Source of the DNA: Octopus sinensis
Lineage: Eukaryota
DNA length: 64,000 nucleotides
NCBI RefSeq assembly: GCF_006345805.1
Contig: NC_043013.1
Location: forward strand, 35,712,001 to 35,776,000
Reading direction: 5' to 3'
The position numbers and the translations under genes are program-made. Shown in pieces: positions 41,020 through 55,345 of the stretch. Every line of letters starts with the position of its first letter. The stretch's first letter is position 1. The notes under the pieces were generated by a model, which saw only the letters and a program-made list of their open reading frames with translations, was not told where the DNA came from and did no database searches.

Positions 41020-41700
41020 TTTGTATATACTAAAGCAGCGAGTTGGTAGAATTGTTTGCATGCTGGGCGAAATGCGTAGTGGTATTTCGTCCGTCTTTAC
41101 ATTCTGAGTTCAAATTCCACCAGGGTCAACTTTGCCTTTCATCCTTTCAGGGTCCATAAAATAAGTACCAGTTGTGTACTGGAGTCGATCTAATCGACTG
41201 GCCCCCTCACCAAAAATTTCAGGCCTTGTGCCTAGAGAAGAAAAGAATATTTGTATATACTAAGGCAGTGTATACCAGATCTGGTAGAATTGTTCGCATG
41301 CGAGGCAAATTGTTTGGCAGCATTTTGTCCATCTTTATGTTCTGAGTTCAAATTCCACCCAGGGCAACTTTGCTTGTCATCATTTCAGGCTTGATAAATT
41401 AAGTACCAGTTGATTACTGTGTTCAAGGAAATCGACTACCCCCTCCCCCAAAAATTACGGGCCTTGTACCAATATTTGCGTATACCAAGGTAGGGAACTG
41501 GTAGAATTGTTAGCATGCCAGGCAAAATGCTTAATGGCATTTCATCTGTCATTACATTCAGAGTTCAAATTCCGTCAAGGCCAACTCTGCTTTCCGTCCT
41601 TTCAGGTTGATAAAATCAGTGCCAGTTTATCACTGGGGGAAAGGGTCAATAATATCGACTTACCCCCACCCTGAAATGACTAGCCCTGTGCCAAAATTAT
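41020..41700 (+). mobile_element. Three head-to-tail Meta/MESC-type tRNA SINE copies
   Basis: Each has GGTAGAATTGTT..., GAGTTCAAATTCC and CAACT.TGC.TT.C.TC.TTTCAGG; period about 230 bp. Confidence 0.8.
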
Positions 41701-41868
41701 ATATATATATATATATTGGCATTAGGAAGGGCATCCAGCTGTAGAAACTCTGCCAGATCAGATTGGAGTCTGGCTCGCCAGACCTCAGTCAAATTGTCCA
41801 ACCCATGCTAGCATGGAAAGTGGACGTTAAGCAATGATGATGATGATGATGATGATGATATATATAGG

Positions 41869-42252
41869 TGTAGGAGTGGCTGTGTGGTAAGTAGCTTGCT
41901 TGCCAACCACATGGTCCCAGGTTCAGTCCTACTGTGTGGTACCTTGGGCGTCTTCTACTATAGCCTCTTGCCGACCAAATCCTTGAGTGGATTTGGTAGA
42001 TGGAAACTGAAAGAAGCCCGTCGTATATATGTATGTGTGTATGTGTTTGTCCCCCAAACATCGCTTGACAACCAATACTGGTGTGTTTACATCCCCGTAA
42101 CTTAGCGGTTTGGAAAAAGAGACCGATAGAATAAGTACTAGACTTACAAAGAATAAGTCCTGGGGTCAATTTGCTCAACTAAAAAATGCGGAGCTCCAGC
42201 ATGGCCACAGTCAAATGACTGAAACAAGTAAAAGAGTAAAGAGTAAAAGAGT
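41869..42252 (+). mobile_element. Near full-length CORE-type SINE
   Basis: AGGAGTGGCTGTGTGGTAAG head through to the (GTAAAAGA)n tail. Confidence 0.8.
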
Positions 42253-42268
42253 ATATATATATATATAT

Positions 42269-43151
<883 letters not shown>

Positions 43152-43184
43152 GTGTATGTATGTATGTATGTCTGTATATATATC

Positions 43185-43257
<73 letters not shown>

Positions 43258-43503
43258 TATATAGGTATGTATATATATGTGTGTGTGTATATATAGATAT
43301 ATATATATATATATATAAATGGAGACAAACACCCATTCCTCCATGTGATCAAATTGAAAAATTGTTAAGATGTTGAGATATTTTCATAACATGGAACCAA
43401 TGGTAGCCTTAATACACAAATAAGATTTTTTTTCTACCAATGCAGTCTTGAACACTTATTCTCATTGTTTGACATTACATCTATCTATCTATCTATCTAT
43501 TTA

Positions 43504-43557
<54 letters not shown>

Positions 43558-43710
43558 CATACATATATATATATATTTATGTGTGTATGTATATATATAT
43601 ATATATATTATATATATATAGGGAGGAGTTTATGAAAAAAACAAAAGACAAAGACAGGTGGGTACAAAACAAACAGATGTATTAGTATAATGCTCAGGAA
43701 GAGAAAAAGA

Positions 43711-43746
43711 CTTTTACGTTTCGAGCCTATGCTCTTCTACAGAAAG
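43711..43746 (-). ncRNA. Variant minimal hammerhead (CUGUAGA core) in a probable PLE-type tail (about 43620-43780)
   Basis: Minus strand: CTTT-CTGTAGA-A-GAGC-atag-GCTC-GAAA-CG-T-A-AAAG. Confidence 0.55.
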
Positions 43747-43882
43747 GAGCACAGAAAAAACAAGGAGAGAAAAAAAAGGAGAGATAGATAGATAGATATT
43801 TATGTACAGGCTAATGCACGCATATATAATGAGACAAGGGAGCAAAAGGTATCAAATAATACATTCATTACCAAGTTTTTAA

Positions 43883-44152
43883 CCCTTTTGATGCCAACCA
43901 GCCTGATACCATCCCTCATTCTCTGATACATGACTTTTCAATTTAAAGAATTCCTATTTGAAATTTATTTCTTTCATCATAATTTCTATATTAGAGCCTT
44001 TTGATAAATTTTGCTACGTTCCAAACAGCAACTTAATAAACGAGCAAACATTAGTTATTTTACTTAATCCCTCTAAACTCTCGATTATTTTTGAAAATTA
44101 ATTGAAAAATATAGACTGCGTATTTTTCATTAGAAACAGAGCCATGAAAGTG
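43883..44152. mobile_element. Older piggyBac-type MITE related to 37831-38052, opposite orientation
   Basis: TTAA|CCCTTTTGATGCCAACC ... ATGAAAGTG|TTAA. Confidence 0.6.
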
Positions 44153-44580
44153 TTAATAAATAATAAAATTACTGTGCGATGAAAACAGCTTTAAATTAGC
44201 ACACAAAATACCGGTTTAAACCATTTACCATTGGCAGACAAAACCCGACTGGCATATATTGTTTTGGAGTGTATTTTATTTTTAAAGTGAAAACAAAACA
44301 GCAAAAACAAAAAAAAAAAAAAAAATTCAATGAAATGTGAAAATAAAAAGTTAAATTTTTATGAAAATGAAGAAACATTATATTATAACCATTTTTTTAT
44401 TCATTACTTTTTGATTTTTTATCATTTATTTTTAAAAAAAAAAACAAGCTTCTAAATTTTCCTATAAACAACATTTTCCAGTGTTTGTTTAGAATGTGAA
44501 GAATTAAGCAATGATATGATGATTGCTCTCCTTCTCTTTCTTGCTATTAATAATGGTAATTATTACTGTTGTTGTTGTTG

Positions 44581-44619
<39 letters not shown>

Positions 44620-45679
44620 TATTATTATCATTATTATTATTATTATTATCATCCTTATTGTTATTTTTATTGTGCTGTCGTTTTTAGTATTTGTTGTTCG
44701 ATATTGTTGTTGATGCTGCTATTGCTGTTGTTGTTGTTGTTGTTGTTATGGTGTTGTTGTTATTGATATTATTTTGTTTATATCGGTTATCATAAAAGCT
44801 AGGAAAATATATTAATTAAACTAACAACAAAAAACAAAAAAAATTGGCAAAAAAAAACCCCAACAACAAAACAAAAATAGTTGGCTTAAGTATATTTAAA
44901 TTCAAAGGAAATGATTGTTCTACGTCTGTGTATGATTACAGGAATAATCCGTGTGTTGTTGCATGTATGGGTATATAAACGTGCGCACATGTGTGTGAGT
45001 GTGTGTATGTGAGAGAGAGAGAAAGAAAACAGGCATGTTTTATGAATGTGAATATATGAGGAGGAAAAAAAGTAGATCTCAATATACATGAGTGTAGATA
45101 TGAAAAATATATTTATTTTGAAGTAAAATTAAATGGAACTTTACCATTTTTTTCAAAAATGAGTGTTTCAATTGTCCTTTCAATTGCACTGCATACTCAT
45201 TGAATAATCTGTAAGTAGTTGAGAATTTCCTGGGTACCGGTACGTAGTTTGCATGGTTCATTTACTTCCGTTTTTCTATGCCAGCATGGGTCAGATGAAT
45301 ATATCATCAAGGCATTAATTTTTAAGGCTGGATATACTTTCTTGGTGCTAACTGTGACCTGTTTTTCCAAGTTAAAGATCTCTTATTTATTTCATACATT
45401 TTGAAAGCTAAGAAGCAGGTTAAACATATGTAGGTGCAGGTATGGCTGTATGGGAAAAGCTTGCTTCTAATCCACATGGTTCCTAGTTCAATCCCACTGT
45501 GTGGCACCTTGGGCTAGTGTCTTCTACTAGAGCCTCAGGCTAACCTAAGCCTTATGAGTGGATTTGGTAGATGGAAACTGAAAGAATGTCCTCAGACTAA
45601 CAAACAAATGCAACCAAAAACAATACTTCCACCTTCGCTAAGGCCAAGGTAATTATATCATTAATAGTGGCAATAACTA

Positions 45680-46466
45680 GTGACCAAGACCTTTGGCAAT
45701 ATGCTGTGCTTGAGAAGATCCATCAAGCCAAGTGAAATTGTAGTCATGGCTGATGCTGCTGTCATGTGACTGGCAACCATGCCAGTGGCACATAAAGAGC
45801 ACCTTTTGAGTGTCGGTCCTCATTGAGGCAAAGTGGCTGAGTTCCTTTTGAGAGTTGGGCATCAGAGAGGTAAAATGACTGAGTACCTTTCAAGCATTGG
45901 GCCTCACAGAGGCAAAAAGGCTGAGTTCCTTTCAAGCATTGCGCCTCAGGGAAGCAAAATAGCTGAGTTCCTTTTGAGCGTTGAGCCTTACAGAGGCAAT
46001 GACCAAGACCTTTGGCATTATGTCATGCTTGAGCAAAACCATGAAGCTGAACAAAATCACAGTCGTGGAGTACCTTTCAAGCACTGGGCCTCACAGAGGT
46101 AAAGAGGCTGAGTTCCTTTCAAGCATTGTGCCTCAGGGAAGCAAAATAGCTGAGTTCCTTTCGAGTGTTGGGCCTTACAGAGGCAATGACCGAGACCTTT
46201 GGCATTATGTCATGCTTGAGCAGAACCATGAAGCTGAGCAAAATCAGTCGTGGCAGATGCTAGTGTCATGGAAATGGCACCTGTGCCGGTGGCACATAAA
46301 GGCATCTATTACACTCTCAGAGTGGTTGGCATTAGGAAGGGCATCCAGCCATAGAAAACCATGCCAAATCAGACTGGAGTCTGGGGCAGCCTTCCAGCCC
46401 TTACCGACCCTGATCAAACTGTCCAACCCATGTCAGCATGGACAACAAACATTAAATGATGATGAC

Positions 46467-46505
<39 letters not shown>
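45680..46505 (+). mobile_element. (GAT)n-tailed repeat with internal 42-bp tandem units and a 187-bp duplication
   Basis: GAGT.CCTTT units at 45839, 45881, 45923 and 45965; block 45881-46067 is repeated from 46068. Confidence 0.8.
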
Positions 46506-47065
46506 ATGTATATATATATATATATATATGATGGGTTTCTTTCAGTTTCTGTTTATCAAATCCACTCATAAGGCTTTGATCAGCCTGAGGCTATAGTAGA
46601 AGGCACTTACCCAAGGAGCCACACAGTTGGACTGAACCCAGAACCATGTGGTAGGTAAGCAAGCTACTTACTACACAGCCATTTTGCACCTGTATATATA
46701 GAATCTCGGTGTCTATTCAGGCACTGGTGTTGCAAATAGCCAGTGGGTCTATTAACAAAACGATTAAGACTGACGGAAGCTGTTTATATACCAAAAATAT
46801 GATTGAGATCTCCAGAAAACCACTACAGTGTGAAATCATATATTCCAGCAGTTCCAGTCTGGTGGCCCTGGCAGAGGATTCTCATCTGCCAATGATATAA
46901 CTTCATGTGCTTTTATGTACCATGAATCCATATGAGAAATTGTTTTAACGTATATACCACATTATTCTGTGTCCTAACACAGCCTCCGTGTTTAGTTTGA
47001 GATCAAGATTACCCTTTGGTATTAATAATGCTTCTATGATTATTAATTATTTGATAACACACACA

Positions 47066-47106
<41 letters not shown>

Positions 47107-47189
47107 ACACACAAGTACACACACATGCACATACACACACACACATATATATTATATATATATATATATTATATATTAATATATATATA

Positions 47190-47414
47190 TTACTCTTTTA
47201 CTGTTTTTCAGCCATTTGACTGTGGCCATGCTGGAGTACTGCCTTTAGTCAAGCAAATAGACCCCAGGACATATTCTTTGTAAGCCTATTACTTATTCTA
47301 GCGGTCTCTTTTGCTAAACCGCTAAGTTACAGGGATGCAAACACACCAGCATCAGTTATCAAGCAATGTTGTGGGCACAAACACAGACACACAAACACAC
47401 ACACACACATACAT

Positions 47415-47448
<34 letters not shown>

Positions 47449-48035
47449 AGGAGTGGCTGTATGGTAAGTAGCTTGCTTACTAACCACATGGTTCCGGGTT
47501 CAGTCCCACTGCGTGGCACCTTGGGCAAGTGTCTTCTACTATAGCCTTGGGCCGATCAAAGCCTTGTGAGTGGATTTGGTAGACGGAAACTGAAAGAAGC
47601 CTGTCGTATATATGTATATATATATATATGTGTGCATGTATGTTTGTGTGTCTGTGTTTGTCCTCCTAGCATTGCTTGACAACTGATGCTGGTGTGTTTA
47701 TGTCCCCATCACTTAGCTGTGCGGCAAAAGAGACCGATAGAATAAGTACTGGGCTTACAAAGAATAAGTCCCGGGGTCGAGTTTGCTCGATTAAAAGGTG
47801 GTGCTCCAGCATGGCTGCAGTCAAATGACTGAAACAAATAAAAGAAAAAATAAAAGAAAAAATTATATATGATGGGCTTCTTTCAGTTTCCGTCTACCAA
47901 ATCCACTCACAAGGCTTTGGTTGGCCCGAGGCTATAGTAGAAGACACTTGCCCAAGGTACCATGCAGTGGGACTGAACCCAGAACTATGTGGTTCATAAG
48001 CAAGCTACCAACCATACAGCCACTCCTACACCTAT
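47190..48035. mobile_element. CORE-type SINE (+, 47447-47860) nested inside an antisense copy of the same family
   Basis: Minus-strand tail 47190-47400, full plus copy, minus-strand head 47870-48035. Confidence 0.85.
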
Positions 48036-48949
48036 ATGCATTATTTTCAAGGATCTTTGTATTTTGTATTAAAGCAGACAGTAAGTAATTAAGTAATTTA
48101 TTTATGATTGAATATAATAATATAAATTAGTTACATTTTTAAGTTACGAAACAATTTGTCATGACGTTAGAATTTTCTTATTGTTAAATAAAATTTCATC
48201 AAACAATTCCTCTGTCATTTAGGATTTTATACACTCATTATTGTTTTCTCTTGTATTGTACTATATATATTCTAGAAAACCATACCAAATCAGACTGGAG
48301 TCTGGTGCAGCCTTCCACCTTACCAGCCACAGTCAAACTGTCCGAACCATGCCAGCATGGGCAACTGACATTAAATGATGATAATGATGATGATGATGAT
48401 GATGCATACATTTTTTTATTCTTTTATTTGTTTCAATCATTTCACTGTGGCCAAGAAGAAGAAGAAGGAGGAGGAGGAGAAGAAGAAGAAGAACAAGAAC
48501 AAGAACAAGAACAAGAACAAGAACAACAAGAAGAACAAGAACAAGAACAAGAAGAACAAGAACAAGAACAAGGAGGAGGAGGAGGAGGAGAAGGAGGATG
48601 AGAAGGAGAAGAAGGAGAAGAAGAAGAAGAAGAAGAAGACGACGACAACAGCAAGAGGAAGACGAAGAAGAAGGAGGAGGAGAAGAAGGAGAAGAAGAAG
48701 AAGAAGAAGAACAACACAACAACAGCAACAACAACAACAAAAACAACAACAACTCTGGAAGACATTATCAGGAATGGAGATGTATAGAGAAGTGTAGCAT
48801 TCATAGAAAGCAATGGATGGACAATATCAGAAGCTGGTTGGATGGTTGGACAAGAGTGGCAAAGCAGCTGGAGAACTGATGCTCAGTCAGGAAGACTTTG
48901 ATTGTAATATCTCTTCAATGCACTCCAGGTATATGATGACTTCAAAAAC

Positions 48950-49320
48950 TTTGATAGGTTTCGGTCAGTACAGGTCCCAGCCATGTCTAACTCAATAGCA
49001 GCACCTGGTGAAGTCTTTTACTCATATATGGGACACCATAGCCTGCTCTAGCAAAGAGTTATTATTGTAGGAGACATATCCAGGTGTAGGAGGTTGGTCT
49101 GGGATTTTCTGAAGAAATTTGTCCAGTGAACATTTGAATTTTATGGGATCCGTTTCTGTTTTGACGTATTTTGGTATGGTATTAAAGAGAGCTGGACTGG
49201 TTGAGGTAAAGTAATTATGACGTAATGTTGCTATGTGTACCGAGTTTGATTTTTGTAGTGGGCAGATAGCATGGGGCCAAGTCTTTGATGGATTTTAAAA
49301 TAGATGCCAACATCATTTGT
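48950..49320 (-). mobile_element. CR1/L2-superfamily LINE 3' fragment
   Basis: Minus strand NDVGIYFKIHQRLGPHA...LRHNYFTSTSPALFNTIPKYVK...FKCSLDKFLQKIPDQPPTPGY, the same motif class as the 39.7-kb fragment. Confidence 0.75.
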
Positions 49321-50477
49321 GCAATATTGATGGAATATTTTCCGCATAGCACGAATGACGTAACGCTCCCGGCACCATTGGAGAATGTAGAGATTGAGTT
49401 CTTTTAGTCAACCCCAATGACCAATGCTTTTCATGCTGTCTATGTTTCTTGTTACGGACTAACGATGATGACATAACTAATGTAGAATATCTAGAAATGC
49501 ATGGTTTACACCAATGAACCACAAAGATTCGAGGAAGGAAGTGGGAAAAAAAAAAAAAAAAAAAAAAACACTGAGGCAAAACTTCTTAATTTAGAAAGAA
49601 AAAATGATGTTCTTTGGTGATGGAATATTTCTTGAAAGAAATTGTTTTAACCAATAGCGGCTAAATTGAAACCAAAACTCTGCAGAGTTAGCAAATACAT
49701 CTAATATTTTAATAATCCAACAAAAATCTAATTAATTGTGGCGGTGTCTTTGCACTATGTCTACTTTGCAAATTACTTGTCCTTGCTACAGTAAACACAT
49801 ATATGCACACACACATATATATATACACACACATACATACATAAACATAAACACACATATATATACATGTACATATATATATATACATACACAGATATGT
49901 ATATATGTATATGTATGTATATATTTATACATCTAAATAGATATATATGAATATAAATATATATATATATATATACATACACACACACACACATGTATAT
50001 ATACATACATATACATACATTTAGCTCATTAATGACATAAAATAAGAGCCTTTTAACCAATTGAAAGGTAAAACTCTGATACTTTCTAATAACTTAATCA
50101 ATTTAGTCATGAAAGGATATCAAAGTATCTAATGTAAGTTAAGGAGAAATAGGTTGCACATCTTCCACATATATACACACATACATATATACATATACAT
50201 ATATACACATACACATACATATATATATACATATGAATACTTAATTGGCTGGAAAGTAACGTAAGAGATTCAAGAGCTGAAAGTCTCATGCATAGAATTT
50301 ATAAAACATATCATTGTTGTTTTTGTTCTTGTTGTTGTTGTCATCGTTGTTGTCACCGTCAGCATTGTCATTTCCATCATCATCATTGTCGTTGTCGTTG
50401 TCACTATTGTTGTTATCTTCATCATCGTCATCATCATCATCATCATTGTTTTACTGTCCACTAGTCTCATTTTGCAT

Positions 50478-50785
50478 GGTGGCACATGGCCTAGTGGTTA
50501 GAGCAGCGGACTTGCGGTCGAGGGATTGTGGGTTTGAATCCCAGACCGGGTGATGTGTGTGTTTATGAGTGAAACACCTAAGCTCCACGCAGCTCCAGCA
50601 GAAGGTAATGGCAAAATTCTGCTGACTCTTTCGCCACAACTTTCTCTCACTCTTTCCTCCTGCATCTTGAAGCACACCTGCGATGGACTGGTGTCCCATC
50701 CAGGTGGGGAACCTATAAGCCAAGGAAACCGGGAAACAGGCCCTATGAGCCAGGTGTGGCTCTAGAAGGAACAAACAACAACAAC
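50478..50785 (+). mobile_element. Full-length tRNA-derived V-domain SINE with (AAC)n tail
   Basis: TGGCCTAGTGGTTAGAGC A-box, GGTTTGAATCCC B-box, CCTGCGATGGACTGGTGTCCCATCCAGG V-like core. Confidence 0.75.
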
Positions 50786-51084
50786 AGTCCTATTTTGCAT
50801 GGGTCAGATGACATTCTTTAAGCCAGATTTTTCCCTGTGTCAGATGCTCTTCCTGTTATAACCCTCATCTGCTATTAGGTACCCAAAAAGGTCATTAAAA
50901 TTCTACCCCCCACTGTGGTTTGATGTAGCAAAAAATGATATATGATGCCACCCAATTGAAAATCTCTCCAAGAACAATACAAAACAAAACTCCTGTTCTT
51001 GAATGCTTACATATCAAATACACAAAGAATACCTTCCCATCAACACTTTTATGAATGCATAACTTAGTATAAGTGATATACTCT

Positions 51085-51515
51085 CTTTACTCTTCTACTT
51101 GTTTCAGTCACTTGACTGTGGCCATGCTGGAGCACCGCCTTTTGTCGAGCAAATCGACCCCAGGACGTATTCTTTGTAAGCCTTGTACTTATTCTATCGG
51201 ACTCTTATGCCGAACCGCTAAGTTTACGGTGATGTAAACACACCACCATCGGTTCTCAAGCAATGTTGGGAGGACAAACACAGACACAAATGTATACACA
51301 CAAATACATACATACATACATACATATATATATACATATATATATACACATATATACGACGGGCTTCTTTCAGTTTCCGTCTACCAAATCCAGTTCACAA
51401 GGCTCTGGTTGGCCCGAGGCTATAGTAGAAGACACTTGTCCAAAGTGCCATGCAGTGAGACTGAACCTGGAACCATGTGGTTCATAAGCAAGCTACTTAC
51501 CACACAGACACTCCT
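51085..51515 (-). mobile_element. Full-length CORE-type SINE (another at 52935-53365, minus)
   Basis: Reverse complement of the family at 47447-47860. Confidence 0.8.
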
Positions 51516-51934
51516 AGTTATTTTGTACATAAATAAATAAACTACACAGTCATAGAGTTGAGCTTCCCTGCAAATATAAACATTAGTGAGAAGGAGAATA
51601 TTTTGAACGACCACTTTGAAACATTAAGGTCTCCTATTCTGATTATACATTCATATTAATACATATAATCATTAGTATTCTTGAATATGTTAGTAAATAT
51701 CCAAGTGACAAGCTGGAAAACTCTAAGATTTTTTGGTAAAGAAAGGGACTGGTTAACATGCACTTTACAGATGCAATCTGTTGGTGGAACAGTAAAACTA
51801 TGAAACACATATTCATCAAGTTAGACTTCTCATTTTTGGTGTCCAAATTTCAGAAACAGTGTTTTACTTATTTAGAGAAACCAGCATATGCACACATGCA
51901 CACGCAAACACATACACACACATACACACACACA

Positions 51935-51968
<34 letters not shown>

Positions 51969-51999
51969 TACTCAAGACTTTTGCCCATAACATATGGTG

Positions 52000-52850
52000 T
52001 GGTGGTGTTAGGATGTGGGGGAGGCAAGAGTGGGGAAAGCAGGGGTGGGGTGTGGGTTAGGCTGAGGGTTGGGGGTAGAGGTGGGCTATGAGGGTTAGGC
52101 GGAGGGTGTGGGTAGAGGTGGGGTTGGAGTGTGTAGCAGTGGGGTTATGAGGGAGGGGTGAAAATGAAGGAGAGGGAAAAAGAGAGAAGGTGGTAGGAGG
52201 GAAGAGAAGAGAGGAGGGGAGGAGTGAAGAGAAGAGAGGAGGAGTGAAGAGAAGAGAGGAGGAGTGAAGAGAAGAAGTAGGATTCGGAGCAAGAGAGGGG
52301 AGGTGGGTAGGAGGAAGTAGTTTGAGAAGAGGGGAGGAGATTTAGATGAAGTGGGGAGGAGAGTTGAGCCCATATGGTGCAAAAGAGCAAAGAGAGAAGA
52401 TTAATCCCTGTTCACGATGCAAACAGGAGTCCAGATGGCCCCTGTGCAAGGACAATTCGAACACAGACAGGTGTTGCAACAAGTGACCAGTAGAGAAGAA
52501 ATGGTACAAGACGGTGTCATTGCTGAGTCGGATGACTCGGAGGTGTTCCGCGAACCAGTCGGCCAAGCGGCATCCCATTTGCCTGATGTATAGAGAAGGG
52601 CAAAGAGAGTAGGAGATGCAGTAGATGACATTGGTAGAAGTGCAGGTGAAGGAGTTGGTGATACGATAGAGTTGATGGTGGGTGCCGATGAGGAGGGTGG
52701 TGTTGGAGAGGTAAGGGCAATGCTGCAGCATGGGCGGGAGCAGGGAAATGAGCCAGGTAGGGAGGTTGGGCTAGGGAAGAAGCTGTGAACCAGGACGTCT
52801 CGTAGGTTGTGGGCTCGTTTGAAGAAGAGGAGGGGTCAATTAGGGAAGAT
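52000..52850 (-). mobile_element. Penelope-like element 3' fragment: Cys-rich linker, GIY-YIG endonuclease, pyrimidine-rich 3' UTR
   Basis: PLLFFKRAHNLRDVLV...FPCSRPCC, then ORF 52342..52731 FTCTSTNVIYCISYSLCPSLYIRQMG.RLADWFAEH...HF...H...REQGLIFSLCSFAPYGLN. Confidence 0.9.
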
Positions 52851-52869
52851 GTAAAATGATGATGATGAA

Positions 52870-52931
<62 letters not shown>

Positions 52932-53739
52932 TATTATTCTTTTACTTGTTTCAGTTATTTGACAGCAGCCATGCAGGAGCACCACTATTAGTCAAAGAAA
53001 TTGACTCCAGTACTTATTCTTTGTATGCCTAGTGCTCATTCTATCAGTTTCTTTTGATGAACCACTAAGTTACGGGGACATAAATATACCAGCATCAGTT
53101 GACTATCGATGCTGAGGGAACAAACACACACACACACACATACACACACACACACACACACATACACACACAAACACACACACACACATGAATATATATA
53201 CATACAATGGGCTTCTTTCAGTTTCCGTCTACCAAATTCATTTACAAAGCTTTAGGTCAGCTCGAGGCTATAGTAGAAGACACTTGTCCAAGGTGTCATG
53301 CAGTGGGACTGAACCCAGAACCATGTGGTTGGGAAGTAAGCTAGTTACCACACATCCACTCCTGTGCCATATATATGCTTGTATATATATACATAGACAG
53401 ATAGACAGACAGATAGATAAATAGCTAGCTAGATAGATCTATCTATATATATATATATGTATATATACATATATATATATACATACATACATATATATAT
53501 ATATACACACACACACAAACATATATATATATATATATACATACACCTATATATCATTATGCACTGGCTTATTTAGCTATATTTCATTCAACACTGCATA
53601 ACATTTCTTTAATTAACACGCACACACACACATACTCACACAGATTCACATTAACTACATACACACACACGAATGTACATATGTAAATTCGGGAGTAAAA
53701 ACATAGGAACAAACTCTACACTCATATATACATACATAT

Positions 53740-54235
53740 ACCTACATACACACAAACGTACATACAAACACACATACATACATACATACATACATACATA
53801 CATACATACATACATACATACATACGTACATACACACACACACACATACATACATACATACATACATACATACATACATACACACACAGACATACATACA
53901 TACACACACACATACATACACACATACATACATACATACATACATACATACATACATACATTCATACATACATGCATACACACACACACATACACATACA
54001 TACATACACACATATACATACATACATACATACATACATACATTCATACATACATTCATACATACATAGATACATACATACATTCATACATACACACACA
54101 CACATACATACACACACACATACATACACACACACACATACATACACACATACATACACACATACATACATACATACATACATACATACATACATACATA
54201 CATACATACATACATACATACATACATACACACAT
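53740..54235. repeat. (CATA)n/(CA)n array
   Basis: Directly visible. Confidence 0.95.
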
Positions 54236-54668
54236 ATAGTTGCAAAAGCAAAAATAAAATAAAAAATAAAAGGAAGTGAAAAATTAAGTAAATAATAGTT
54301 CACATGTTTCACTGTAATTAAACAAAATTAAAGTAAGGAGTGTGTTAGATGAGTTAACGCAGGCAAAACCCCAGTTGAATAACAGCTTTGTCTAATAGGC
54401 TCAAATACAAATTAGCTTCTACAGGAAGTGTTATATGAACTTGACATGATGTGGATAGTTGTGTGTGTCTGTCAGTGTGTGAGTGGATATTATTGTGTGA
54501 GTGTGTGTGTGTGTGTGTGTGTATGTGTAAAGACACACGCATACATATACAGAAATATATATGTGTGCATATATGAGCTTAAATATATGCATGCATGCAT
54601 ACATACATACATGCATATATGTATACTGGATATACATACATTAATGTATATCTGTGTATGATGTATAG

Positions 54669-54707
<39 letters not shown>

Positions 54708-55253
54708 CACATATATACATATATACATATGTGTATATATATATATATATATATAATTATTTATATACAGCAAGTGAGATGGTATCAGTTTTACAATATT
54801 TATATATCTACATGCATGTGTATATGTGTAAGTCTGGATATGTGTGTGTTTAGATGTGCGTGCATGTGTGTGTGTGCATGCTTGTATGTATGTATGTATA
54901 TGTGTATGAATGCATGTATGTATGTTTTTATACACACACAGTCACACACAGATTTTATTTTAGGAAATCTGTGACTATTGAGTCCTGACAAGGTTTTCCC
55001 CATAACTCTGTATAGACTAGATGGATATCTTTAAAAAAAAAAGGCCTTCCACAAACATACCCCAAGTAGTATATAGACTACAATTATGAGATGCATATGG
55101 CATGAAAATTTGGTGATGGGTTAGATAACTCACAAACTTTCACTTTGTTTCCTCATACATACATACATTCATACATACATATATATAAATAGTTTATTGG
55201 TTAAACTCCACTCTGTCAAAATCTCAAATGTAAAATTCTCCAATGTAAAATTC

Positions 55254-55345
55254 TATCCTGAAGATAGAGACAGTGTTATCCGATAATGGATCCAAGAATC
55301 TATCATTATTCTGGACCACTAAGCTCGCAGAAACAGCCGTTGGAC
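55254..55345 (+). ncRNA. Degenerate hammerhead-like motif with a long stem II
   Basis: CTGAAGA (55258), extended hairpin (ATAATG...CATTAT, AGTG...CACT), GAAA-CAGCCG-TT; stem I is weak. Confidence 0.35.

Noticed and set aside
45155-45205. Hairpin containing the miR-92-like seed AATTGCAC
   Set aside because: Stem is short and asymmetric with a 6-nt loop, and the rest does not resemble miR-92 family matures; would need small-RNA reads.
48755-48850. RTE-LINE C-terminal-like peptide RKQWMDNIRSW
   Set aside because: Too short and degenerate to call without a search.
52050-52100. Telomere-like GGGTTAGG motifs
   Set aside because: Isolated copies within a G-rich PLE UTR, not a (TTAGGG)n array.
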